Source of the DNA: Chloroflexota bacterium
GTDB lineage: Bacteria > Chloroflexota > Anaerolineae > Anaerolineales > UBA4823
Length of the DNA: 41,031 bases
Direction: 5' to 3'
NCBI GenBank assembly: GCA_037444705.1
Contig: JBBILY010000005.1
Span: 1-41,031, forward strand
Of this stretch, positions 1 through 8,387 are shown piece by piece. Made by a program: the position numbers and the translations under genes. How positions within the stretch are numbered: position 1 is the stretch's first letter; each line of letters opens with the position of its first letter. The notes under the pieces are model-generated. The model saw nothing but the letters and a program-made list of their open reading frames with translations, ran no database searches and was not told where the DNA came from.

Positions 1-2
1 GA

Positions 3-917
3 GGGACGGAGATCTATCACGGCCTGGAAGCCGGTTTCTTTGAGGTGCGCAGCCGTTTCAACACCAATGCCATCAATCACATCATCCTGCTCACCGACGG
101 ACGCACTTATGGCGACGAGGCAGACTGCCTGCGCCTGGCTGATCAGGCGGCGATCTATGGCATTGGTATCAGCGGCCTGGGGATAGGCCAGGAATGGAAC
201 GACGCCTTTCTCGATGGGCTAGCCATGCGTACGGGTGGGAGCAGCATGTATCTTTCGCAACCTGCTGACATTCATCGTTTCCTCAAAGAGAAGTTTCTTG
301 GCTTGGGACAGATCTACGCCGAACGCGTGACCTTTGACATTGACGTGAAACCCGGCGTAGAATTGCGCTACGCCTTCCGCCTCTCGCCAGATGCTGGCCC
401 GCTGAATACCGCCTCCCCCATTCGCCTGGGAATGATCCCTAAAGAGCCTGGATTGGCGTTTGTGTTAGAATTTCTCCTGGATCCCATCGTTACTTATCGA
501 GGTAAATTGCCCTTGGCAGAGGGTCAAATCATGCTCGATATCCCCACGCGTGAGCGGCCCCACTGCATTATGTCGCTCCAGTTATCGCGGGAAGTGAGTG
601 ATGTTCCCGAATTCCCGCCACCGCCCACGCGGTTACTAGATGCCCTCAGCCGCTTAACCTTATATCGGATGCAGGAACGAGCCAACCAGTATTTGAGCGA
701 TGGCCATTATGAGCAGGCACGCAGGAATTTGCATAACCTGGCTACCCACCTCTACTCACGCGGGTTGCCTGAACTGGCCCAAATGACGTTACAAGAGGCG
801 GATAATATCGAGCAACACCACGCCCTGAGTGAAGGCGGGAAGAAGGCCATCAAATATGGCACGCGGGCTTTGCTTTTGCCCGCCTCCCTCACTTCGAAGG
901 CGGAGGAGGGGTCATGA
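3..917 (+). CDS. vWA domain protein (5'-truncated by window edge)
   Basis: Frame is open from base 3 (GTEIYHGL...). vWA motifs IILLTDG and GIGQEWNDAFL..LA..TGG. Confidence 0.85.
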   Translation, partial: GTEIYHGLEAGFFEVRSRFNTNAINHIILLTDGRTYGDEADCLRLADQAAIYGIGISGLGIGQEWNDAFLDGLAMRTGGSSMYLSQPADIHRFLKEKFLGLGQIYAERVTFDIDVKPGVELRYAFRLSPDAGPLNTASPIRLGMIPKEPGLAFVLEFLLDPIVTYRGKLPLAEGQIMLDIPTRERPHCIMSLQLSREVSDVPEFPPPPTRLLDALSRLTLYRMQERANQYLSDGHYEQARRNLHNLATHLYSRGLPELAQMTLQEADNIEQHHALSEGGKKAIKYGTRALLLPASLTSKAEEGS

Positions 918-1420
918 TTGTCTGCCCTTCCTGCAAGCATGAAGAGATAATTGGCGCTCTGTTTTGCAGTGAGTGTGGGGCGCGATTAAGTTACGAAATA
1001 TTCATGGAAGCCACCGCAAAAAGAGAAGCCTCCAGGGAGGCTCAGCCAGTAGCACCTCAGGCGCGGCAGCCCACTTCTCAGCCACTGCCGGGGTTTCAGG
1101 TGGCGGTGATGGTTTTCGACAGCGGGGTAATTTTGCCCCTGGAAGGCGGACAGGAATTCACCCTGGGACGGGTGAGCGGGAATCAGCCCATCCTGCCGGA
1201 TGTGGATTTGAGCCCATACGGGGCTTATGAGGGCGGTGTTTCCCGCTTGCACGCCACCATCAACATCGCTAAGGATGCGGTGACAATCATGGATTTAGGC
1301 TCAGCCAATGGCACCTGGGTGAACGGTAAAAAGATCCCTGCCCATCAGCCTTTCCCTTTGCAACACGGCGATGTGATTAGCCTGGGCAAGTTGAAGGTTC
1401 AAATGCTTATTCAGAATTAA
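914..1420 (+). CDS. zinc-ribbon + FHA domain protein
   Basis: N-terminal CxxC..CxxC. FHA motifs GR, SRLHA, DLGSANGT. GGAGG RBS and ATGA overlap. Confidence 0.9.
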   Translation: MIVCPSCKHEEIIGALFCSECGARLSYEIFMEATAKREASREAQPVAPQARQPTSQPLPGFQVAVMVFDSGVILPLEGGQEFTLGRVSGNQPILPDVDLSPYGAYEGGVSRLHATINIAKDAVTIMDLGSANGTWVNGKKIPAHQPFPLQHGDVISLGKLKVQMLIQN

Positions 1421-1444
1421 AATTTACGTGATCTGGAGGATGCA

Positions 1445-1687
1445 GTGCCTTATACCGTCATATTACATATTCTCAATGCCGATCCAGTTATGGGTGAGAT
1501 GGAAGACCTGCCTGACCCCTCGGATAATTTGATCATGCTCAACAATCCGCGCCTGCGAGATGGCAAGGATGTGCCCTATCTGGCTGAAAATGCGGTTACA
1601 GTCTACTGGCCAGTGGATCGGATTCACTTTATTGAGGTGCTGGCAGGTAAGGAAGAAGAAGAGATAATTGGCTTTGTCCGGGAGTAA
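1445..1687 (+). CDS. small hypothetical protein
   Basis: GGAGGA RBS, GTG start, operon context. Confidence 0.75.
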   Translation: MPYTVILHILNADPVMGEMEDLPDPSDNLIMLNNPRLRDGKDVPYLAENAVTVYWPVDRIHFIEVLAGKEEEEIIGFVRE

Positions 1688-1694
1688 GGTAAAT

Positions 1695-2465
1695 ATGGAG
1701 ACGCAATTTCGAGGCCGGCGCATTCTGGTGGTAGACGATGAGGAACGGATGGTGCGGTTCATCCGATTAAACCTGGAACATGATGGTTTCCGCGTGATCG
1801 AGGCCTTTCGAGGCATGGAAGCCATGGATAAATTACGTACCGCAATGCCGGAACTGGTATTGCTGGATGTGATGCTTCCCGACATTGATGGCTTCGAGGT
1901 GCTGCGAATGATCCGTGAGATCAGCACCGTGCCGGTGATCATGCTTACAGCAAAGGGCGAGGAAGAAGACCGGGTGCGTGGATTGGAACTGGGGGCAGAC
2001 GATTACATCACCAAGCCTTTCAGCCCACGCGAATTGAGCAGCCGGGTGCGGGCAGTATTGAGGCGCACAGAGATGAGTTCCATCAGCACCCATGGGGTGA
2101 TCGAGGTGGACGAGCGTCTGAAATTGGATTTTGACCGCCGCGAGGTGTGGGTGGAAGGCAAACTGGTCAAACTGCGCCCTACGGAGTATCGCTTGCTCTA
2201 CCATTTAGTACAGAATGCCGGCTGGGTGCTGACCCATGATCAGTTGCTGACACGGGTGTGGGGCTATGAATATCGTGACGAACCGCATTATGTACGCCTT
2301 TACATTAATTACCTGCGCCAAAAGATCGAAAAAGATCCGGCCAATCCGCAATACATCCTCACCGAACGCGGCGTAGGCTATCGTTTTGTGGATTTTCGCC
2401 GCGAAAAGATGGGGCGGACGGGCGTCGCTTCTGCCTCCTCGGATGACCCCGACGAGCAGCCTTGA
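1695..2465 (+). CDS. OmpR/KdpE-family response regulator
   Basis: Receiver ([20 protein letters not shown]) and winged helix ([16 protein letters not shown]). ATG 1695 preferred. Confidence 0.93.
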   Translation: METQFRGRRILVVDDEERMVRFIRLNLEHDGFRVIEAFRGMEAMDKLRTAMPELVLLDVMLPDIDGFEVLRMIREISTVPVIMLTAKGEEEDRVRGLELGADDYITKPFSPRELSSRVRAVLRRTEMSSISTHGVIEVDERLKLDFDRREVWVEGKLVKLRPTEYRLLYHLVQNAGWVLTHDQLLTRVWGYEYRDEPHYVRLYINYLRQKIEKDPANPQYILTERGVGYRFVDFRREKMGRTGVASASSDDPDEQP

Positions 2466-2574
2466 AACCTCTATACAACGCTAATCAAACGTTTACATTG
2501 ATCTAACAATTCTGGGGTACTATTCCAGGGTGCGAAAATCTGCCCTGAACTTATCGTTATTGGGAGTGTGAGCC

Positions 2575-2778
2575 ATGCCCACGTATGCCTTCATCTGTGA
2601 CGATTGCGGTAGCCGTTTTGAACAATACCTTCCCTATAGTCAGAATGGGGACAATCCGCGCTGCCCCAACGGACATCAGCGTGTGCGCCGCCTTTTTAGC
2701 CCGCCGGCGATCGTCTTCAAGGGCAGCGGCTTTTATTCCACCGATCACAGACCCAAAGAAAAGACCGCCACAGAGTAA
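2575..2778 (+). CDS. FmdB-family zinc-ribbon protein
   Basis: MPTY..CxxC..CP..H..FKGSGFYSTD signature. Confidence 0.9.
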   Translation: MPTYAFICDDCGSRFEQYLPYSQNGDNPRCPNGHQRVRRLFSPPAIVFKGSGFYSTDHRPKEKTATE

Positions 2779-2907
2779 TCAAATTATCTGTGGCGGCAAT
2801 CGTCTGCGGTGAGGGGGTAAAGAGAGAGATTAAATTGTGGCAAAAAGCGCCGCAAGGAAAGAAACCTGCCTGTTATAATTGAAATCTAACAAAAACAGTC
2901 CAGATAT

Positions 2908-2949
2908 TTGATCTTAATCAAAGACAATTTAATCCCGCGCGGGTATAGT
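2908..2949 (+). promoter_or_regulatory. FNR/Crp-family box with class II promoter
   Basis: Perfect TTGAT-CTTA-ATCAA (2908-2921). -10 TATAGT at 2944-2949 places the box near -41.5. Confidence 0.75.
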
Positions 2950-2981
2950 TAGGGCGAAATTCTAGAACTACAAGGAGTGAT

Positions 2982-3497
2982 GTGATGGAAACCCTGACCC
3001 AACCCTTACGTGAAGAGCATAAAGAGTTGCTCCCGTATATCGAACGCATCCGCCAACTGGCTGAGACGATAGATCAGGTAAGCATATCTGATCTCCGCCA
3101 GGGGCTGGAGAAGGTTTATCACTTTTTAGCCCACCATCTGGGACCTCATGCCGAAGCGGAGGAAGCGGCACTTTATCCCGCGGTTCAAAGGCTGCTCGGT
3201 TGCTCTGAGGCGACACAAACTATGAGCCGCGATCATGTGGAAATCAGAGGCTACATTGAAGAACTGGCAACATTACGCCAACATCTCATGGAGGCGGACT
3301 TGAAGTCCGAGCAGATCGAACCCTTGCGGCGCGTGTTATATGGCGTTTATGCCTTGATCAAAGTCCACTTCGCTAAAGAGGAGGAAATCTATCTGCCCCT
3401 CCTTGATCGAGGGCTTACATCTGAGACAGCTCAAGAAATGTTTGCGGCGATGGAAGCCGCCGCTCACAGAGCCAAACACGCGGCAGGTTTGAGATGA
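2982..3497 (+). CDS. hemerythrin/HHE domain protein
   Basis: H..HxxxEE..LYP..H..HxxxEE..YLP pattern. AAGGAG RBS. Confidence 0.9.
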   Translation: MMETLTQPLREEHKELLPYIERIRQLAETIDQVSISDLRQGLEKVYHFLAHHLGPHAEAEEAALYPAVQRLLGCSEATQTMSRDHVEIRGYIEELATLRQHLMEADLKSEQIEPLRRVLYGVYALIKVHFAKEEEIYLPLLDRGLTSETAQEMFAAMEAAAHRAKHAAGLR

Positions 3498-3544
3498 TCC
3501 TTGTCGTAGCCGGTACGAATTGTATGGGTGATTGAGGAAGGCTC

Positions 3545-4816
3545 ATGCCAGTTTCGGCGCGCCCGCGGGTGATCATCATTGGGGCCGGCTTTGGCGGCCT
3601 ATGGGCAGCTCGAGCCCTGGCGCAATCTAAGGCCGAGGTGCTCATCCTGGACCGTAACAATTACCACACCTTCTTCCCGTTGCTGTATCAAGTCGCGGCT
3701 GCAGAACTCGACCCGCGGGATATTGTTTATCCGCTGCGAAGCATCCTGGCTAAAGCGCGAAATATCCGCTTCCTCATGAATGAGGTCATCGAAATTGACC
3801 TGGCTTCCAGGCAAGTCAGGACTACTGACCACGTGTTCAGTTACGATTATCTCATCCTTGCCAGTGGCAGTGTTTCGCATTTCTTTGGGGTGGCGGGGGC
3901 AAGCGAGCATGCCTTCTCCCTGAAGACGTTGGAGCAAGCCGTTGCTCTGCGTAACCATATTCTCTACCGTTTTGAGCGCGCCTTGTGCGAGGCCAACCCC
4001 GAACGGCGCAAGCGAATGCTGAGGTTTGCGATTGTTGGCGGGGGGCCAACCGGAGTGGAGTTTGCCGGCGCTCTTATGGAGTTGATTCGGGGTCCGTTGG
4101 TCAAGAATTATACAGAACTTGATCCGCGCGAGATGCAAGTTCTGCTTTTGGAGGCGGCAGATCGCTTGCTCCCCACCTTTCCAGAAAACCTTAGCAGTTA
4201 TGCTGCCAAGCACCTGGCGGAGATGGGGGTGGAGATACACTTGCGTGCCTTGGTTAGCCAGATTGAACCCGATGGTATCTGGCTAAAGGATGGGACGAAG
4301 ATACCTCTTGAGACTGTAATTTGGACCGCAGGGGTGCGCGGTCTATCTTTCTCTGCAGATCTTCCCACTGAGCGCAACGGGCAAGTGCGGGTGCTGCCAA
4401 CGCTTCAGGTGCCCACTCATCCGGAGGTCTATGTGATTGGCGATTTAGCATTATTGGAGGAAGGAGGCCAGCCACTGCCAATGCTCGCCCCGGTCGCCAC
4501 CCAGAAGGGGAACGCAGCCGCACGCAATATCCTGCGCCAGATCAATGGAGATGAGCCTGAGCCTTTTCGTTTCAAGAATCGAGGCGCAATGGTGACCCTT
4601 GGGCGGAATGCTGCTGTGGCGCATGTGTGGGGACGCACCTTCACCGGCTTTTTGGCCTGGTTGTTATGGCTAGGTATCCACCTGTACAATCTGATTGGAT
4701 TTCGCAACCGCTTGCTGGTATTAATCAATTGGGCCTGGGACTACTTGTTCTTCGAACGCACCGTGTGCCTGATTATATATTCGCCTATTTCTTATGAACA
4801 AAAGCGACAAGCCTGA
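3545..4816 (+). CDS. ndh: type II NADH dehydrogenase-family FAD oxidoreductase
   Basis: GAGFGG, F.PLLYQVA, VGGGPTGVEFAG, IGD, C-terminal amphipathic WL..HL. Confidence 0.88.
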   Translation: MPVSARPRVIIIGAGFGGLWAARALAQSKAEVLILDRNNYHTFFPLLYQVAAAELDPRDIVYPLRSILAKARNIRFLMNEVIEIDLASRQVRTTDHVFSYDYLILASGSVSHFFGVAGASEHAFSLKTLEQAVALRNHILYRFERALCEANPERRKRMLRFAIVGGGPTGVEFAGALMELIRGPLVKNYTELDPREMQVLLLEAADRLLPTFPENLSSYAAKHLAEMGVEIHLRALVSQIEPDGIWLKDGTKIPLETVIWTAGVRGLSFSADLPTERNGQVRVLPTLQVPTHPEVYVIGDLALLEEGGQPLPMLAPVATQKGNAAARNILRQINGDEPEPFRFKNRGAMVTLGRNAAVAHVWGRTFTGFLAWLLWLGIHLYNLIGFRNRLLVLINWAWDYLFFERTVCLIIYSPISYEQKRQA

Positions 4817-4894
4817 CGAATTCAAGAATAAGGGGATGTTGAAAACCCCATGAACATTTCCCTGATGAGCAGTGTGTTTTGACCTTTAACCTTA

Positions 4895-5155
4895 CTATCC
4901 AGTAACAAGCATAGCCTCATGGATCCAGGACTTGAGTTCTTCCTTTGGGGGGACAGAACCTGCCCATGCCAGTTTACCGTTGATGAGCAAGCCCGGAGCG
5001 CGGTCAGCCATCAGGCCATATTCGATCATGCGTTGTTCGGTAACCAGTTCAACCCTGGCTTCGTGGATGCCTAATTCCTGAAGTACATCCATCACCAGTT
5101 TTTCCATGATAAGGCAACCGGCACAACCGGTTCCCAGCACTTTGATCTCTAACAT
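4895..5155 (-). CDS. MTH895-type small thioredoxin (CAGC)
   Basis: IKVLGTGCxxC..PGLLING..G.VP. AAGGAGG RBS before ATG 5155. Confidence 0.88.
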   Translation of the reverse strand: MLEIKVLGTGCAGCLIMEKLVMDVLQELGIHEARVELVTEQRMIEYGLMADRAPGLLINGKLAWAGSVPPKEELKSWIHEAMLVTG

Positions 5156-5182
5156 GGTAGCCTCCTTATTCAACTGGTAATA

Positions 5183-5247
5183 ATATTCACTATTTTGAAT
5201 ATATTATAAATTTAAATCGGTGTGTCATGTTAGTGATATATGTCACT
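5183..5247 (-). promoter_or_regulatory. promoter: Crp-like box + TATAAT + TATTCA-N6-TGAATA operator
   Basis: AGTGA-N6-TCACT 5232-5247, -10 at 5208-5203, palindrome 5183-5202. Confidence 0.65.
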
Positions 5248-5320
5248 TATATTTGACATTATTTCAAATATTTGGTGAATAGTTTGGGGAAGGAGTTTCG
5301 CTGTAGATCGGGATAATGTT

Positions 5321-5365
5321 CAGTGACTTATGTCACTGACGATGAAGCGATAAACATGCTATACT
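5321..5365 (+). promoter_or_regulatory. Crp/Fnr-like box + extended -10 driving the Moco leader
   Basis: CAGTGAC-TTAT-GTCACTG 5321-5338 and TG-c-TATACT 5357-5365. Confidence 0.65.
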
Positions 5366-5373
5366 AAATTCAC

Positions 5374-5542
5374 AATCTCCGAAGCCTGGCCGCCTAAACG
5401 CATTGGCGCATGGCGGCAGGACAGTAGCACAGGGTAAGCCTGTGTTACCGGGTGGGGTGCGGAAACGCCCCTGCCTCCCGCCCCTCTATTCACCCCCTTC
5501 TCGCTGAGAGAGGCCCGGTGAGAGAGGATTTGGAAAGGAGAA
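5374..5542 (+). ncRNA. Moco (molybdenum cofactor) riboswitch aptamer with extended P5
   Basis: CTCCGA..CCTAA..P3 (GTAA loop)..P4 (GAAA loop)..GCCTCCCG..TTGGAAAGGAG hallmarks. Lies upstream of a molybdate transporter. Confidence 0.85.
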
Positions 5543-5562
5543 CTCCCCTCTGCCGTATTCCA

Positions 5563-5595
5563 AAGGCTGTCTCCTTTCCAGGAGGCGGCCTTTTT
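5563..5595 (+). terminator. intrinsic terminator (riboswitch expression platform)
   Basis: AGGCTGTCTCCT-TTCC-AGGAGGCGGCCT + T-run. 5570-5580 is the exact reverse complement of aptamer 5531-5541. Confidence 0.85.
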
Positions 5596-5625
5596 GATTA
5601 GGAATATGCTGTGGGAGTATTGAGA

Positions 5626-6258
5626 ATGCCTGTGAACCTCCAACCCTTGCTCGAAAAATCCGCTTCCCAACATTCACATCTGTGTCCGCGGCAAATCCTC
5701 GGCGTGCGCATGGGATTATTGGGCATGAAAGCCCTGGGTTTCGACGCCCCGCCGCTCAACAAGCGCTTGTTGATCATCCTCGAGACGGATGGTTGTTTTG
5801 CCGATGGCGTGACAGCGGCTACAGGATGCACCGTTGGTCATCGCACCCTGCGCCTGGAGGATTACGGCAAGATCGCCGCCACGTTTGTGGACGCCCAAAC
5901 GGGGCAGGCATTGCGCCTCGCTCCCGCGCCAGATGTGCGCCAAAAAGCCTGGATTTATGCGCCAGATGAGCACCGCCATTACTTTGCACAGTTGCGCGCT
6001 TATCAAATTATGCCCGATGACGAGCTTTTCACCCTCACCCCTGTGGTTTTGAATACACCGATCGAGGCCATCATCAGCCGCCCAGGCGTGCGCGTCAAAT
6101 GCGACCTGTGTGGTGAGGAAATCATCAATGAGCGTGAATTGTGCCGCGATGGGTTGACTCTGTGCCGCGCCTGTGCTCATGGGGCTTATTATCAGCCCCT
6201 GGTGTCAAAGGCTCACTTGCCCACACTCTATTCCTCGGCTTATTTAGGGGAGTCATAG
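5626..6258 (+). CDS. fmdE: FmdE-family protein with C-terminal zinc finger
   Basis: HxHLCP..LG.RMG, ETDGC..DG..TGCT.G, CxxC..CxxC. Confidence 0.88.
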   Translation: MPVNLQPLLEKSASQHSHLCPRQILGVRMGLLGMKALGFDAPPLNKRLLIILETDGCFADGVTAATGCTVGHRTLRLEDYGKIAATFVDAQTGQALRLAPAPDVRQKAWIYAPDEHRHYFAQLRAYQIMPDDELFTLTPVVLNTPIEAIISRPGVRVKCDLCGEEIINERELCRDGLTLCRACAHGAYYQPLVSKAHLPTLYSSAYLGES

Positions 6259-6273
6259 CCTCCCACCAACGGG

Positions 6274-7464
6274 ATGGGCCTTGTGCTAAAACCTACCCAC
6301 GGTAACCGATTTACCTTTTCCCTGGCTGAGTTTTCTGGCGCTCTGGCAGATTTAGGGGTGATGCTCCCCCTCATCCTGGGGCTTATTGCTCTCAATGGGG
6401 TAGACGCCACGGCGGCCTTCGTGGGTGTGGGCATTGCCTATATTCTGGTAGCTCTAGTCTATCGTCTGCCTATCCCTGTCCAGCCGCTGAAGTCGGTTTC
6501 GGCCTTGGCGCTGGCGCTGGGGCTTGCCCCGGCCATCATCGTCTCGGCTGCGATTTGGAATGCCCTGGCTTTTCTAAGCATGGGGTTGATGGGCCTGGAC
6601 CGTTTGGCGCAAAAAGTCTTTCCAAAGGCGGTGGTGCGCGGCATTCAGTTGGGGCTGGCATGGTTGTTGTTTAAATCCGCCTGGACGCTTATCAACAAAA
6701 CGCCGCCAGATTGGCAGGGCGGCTTGAGGCTGAGCAGTCAGACCTTGCCCTGGGCCTGGGTGTTGGTGGGAGGGGCGCTGCTCTTTTTATTGGCCTTCTT
6801 GTACTGGAAGCGGGATTGGGCTGCCCTGGGGGTGATTATCTTTGGCGTTGGAATATCAGGTGTGCATACGGGTATAGCGCTGCCCCCTGTGCACTTTACT
6901 CCGCCCAAACTGCTGCCTTTGCTACCCACCTGGGGGCAATTATGGCAGGGGCTGGTCTTGTTGGCTCTGCCGCAGATTCCGCTTAGCCTGGGCAACTCCA
7001 TCTATGCCACAGCCGATGCGGCGCGCCAGTATTTCGGCGAGAAGGCCGCTCATGTCACCGAGCGCAAACTGATGATGACCATGGGCGCTGCCGATGCCAT
7101 GACCGCCGTGTTGGGAGGTGTACCCTTGTGTCACGGCTGTGGGGGGCTGACAGCGCACTTCAGCATTTCCGTGCGCACGGGTGGCGCACCGCTGATGATT
7201 GGTGGCATTTTCCTGGTGCTGGGACTGTTGGGGGGTTCAACCAGCATGCAGGTCTTTCGTCTCATCCCCTTCCCAGTGTTGGGGGTTCTATTGGCCTATG
7301 TTGGCCTGCAGCACATGCTCCTGGCGCGCGACCTGCGCGGTTGGCAGGCCTGGTTTACCGCCTTGCTGGTGTTGATCATCACCATGTGGACAAGCAATCT
7401 GGCCATTGGCTTTTTCAGCGCGGCGACTTTTTACCATCTATGGAACTGGCTGGCTCGGCGTTGA
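6274..7464 (+). CDS. MOT1-type molybdate/sulfate transporter
   Basis: E.SGALADLG..LP, P.PVQP.K, P.CHG.GG, FP..VLG.LL motifs. Multiple TM helices. Confidence 0.88.
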   Translation: MGLVLKPTHGNRFTFSLAEFSGALADLGVMLPLILGLIALNGVDATAAFVGVGIAYILVALVYRLPIPVQPLKSVSALALALGLAPAIIVSAAIWNALAFLSMGLMGLDRLAQKVFPKAVVRGIQLGLAWLLFKSAWTLINKTPPDWQGGLRLSSQTLPWAWVLVGGALLFLLAFLYWKRDWAALGVIIFGVGISGVHTGIALPPVHFTPPKLLPLLPTWGQLWQGLVLLALPQIPLSLGNSIYATADAARQYFGEKAAHVTERKLMMTMGAADAMTAVLGGVPLCHGCGGLTAHFSISVRTGGAPLMIGGIFLVLGLLGGSTSMQVFRLIPFPVLGVLLAYVGLQHMLLARDLRGWQAWFTALLVLIITMWTSNLAIGFFSAATFYHLWNWLARR

Positions 7465-7544
7465 TCCTTATGCTAATTGTTTCTCTCTAACCTGCCAGCC
7501 AGCGAATTAGGCATGAGGGCAATACCCCTGCATATGGATGGATT

Positions 7545-7580
7545 GTCCGCCGGCAGACATCTTTTGATCTGCCGGCGGAC
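7545..7580. terminator. 13-bp inverted repeat between convergent genes
   Basis: GTCCGCCGGCAGA-N10-TCTGCCGGCGGAC. Confidence 0.6.
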
Positions 7581-7585
7581 CTGAT

Positions 7586-8017
7586 TTATCCTTCCATGCG
7601 GGCTTTCAAGTTTGCCAGTACAATTTCTGCTTCGTGTTCGTTCATCTTGTGGATGATCGGCTCAGCCAGTTTACCCAGGGCGGCACCAGGGATGGTGTAA
7701 TCAACGTTGACCGTTACCCGCGTGCCGCCGTCCTCCGCACGGTAGTCCCAGACGAAAGTGCTGGGGATGCTGCTCTCGTTCTTGTCTACGATGTGCTGGT
7801 TGCGTACGAACTCAGTCCGCTGGGCGTGACCGTCAAAACGAACGCCGGCCATCTTGTAGGACCAATCATAGGCATAGCCGCCATTGGGCAGGGGTTGCAC
7901 GTTTCGCACCTCCTGCAGGCTAGGCCAGATTTCCGGCAGGTTCTGCGGTTGTGCCATAAAGTCGAAAACCTTTTCCACCGGCGCGTTGATCCAGATGGAT
8001 TTTTCGATCTTAGCCTT
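7586..8017 (-). CDS. SRPBCC/polyketide-cyclase family protein (expected start codon reads AAG)
   Basis: (M)AKIEKSIWINAPVEKVF..P.NLPE.WP..GGTRVT..L..LK. AAAGGAG RBS is 7 nt before AAG at 8017. Confidence 0.75.
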   Translation of the reverse strand, partial: KAKIEKSIWINAPVEKVFDFMAQPQNLPEIWPSLQEVRNVQPLPNGGYAYDWSYKMAGVRFDGHAQRTEFVRNQHIVDKNESSIPSTFVWDYRAEDGGTRVTVNVDYTIPGAALGKLAEPIIHKMNEHEAEIVLANLKARMEG

Positions 8018-8084
8018 TGTTTTGCTCCTTTCATTGGTAATACTGCACTCTTACCTTGACATTGTTAGATTTGCCGTTGGGCGC

Positions 8085-8387
8085 CTACGGCGTTGCCTTC
8101 ACCACCAACGGCAGGTAAATGCCGTACCCGATCGCCTCACCTCCGCCCCAGAATCCCCCACCGAGCGCGAACGCCCCGCCTCGCGATATGCCGGCATCCG
8201 CCTGGCCGATTGTACCGCCCAGGCTGTAGGAGCCGCCGCTGCTGAAGGTGCACCCCCCACTATCTATCGTGTTCCAGGTCAGATCGTAGCCCCCGCCGGA
8301 TTGGGCCAGGGCCAGGGCCGGGAGAGAGAGCAGGGCGGCCAGGAGCAGCAACCGAATAACGTGAGGCGTGAAACGCAAGGTGCTCAT
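8085..8387 (-). CDS. small secreted protein with C-terminal YLPLV motif
   Basis: Signal peptide, GGGYDLTW.TID.GG..YSLGGTIGQ..GGFW, IYLPLVVK. Confidence 0.85.
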   Translation of the reverse strand: MSTLRFTPHVIRLLLLAALLSLPALALAQSGGGYDLTWNTIDSGGCTFSSGGSYSLGGTIGQADAGISRGGAFALGGGFWGGGEAIGYGIYLPLVVKATP

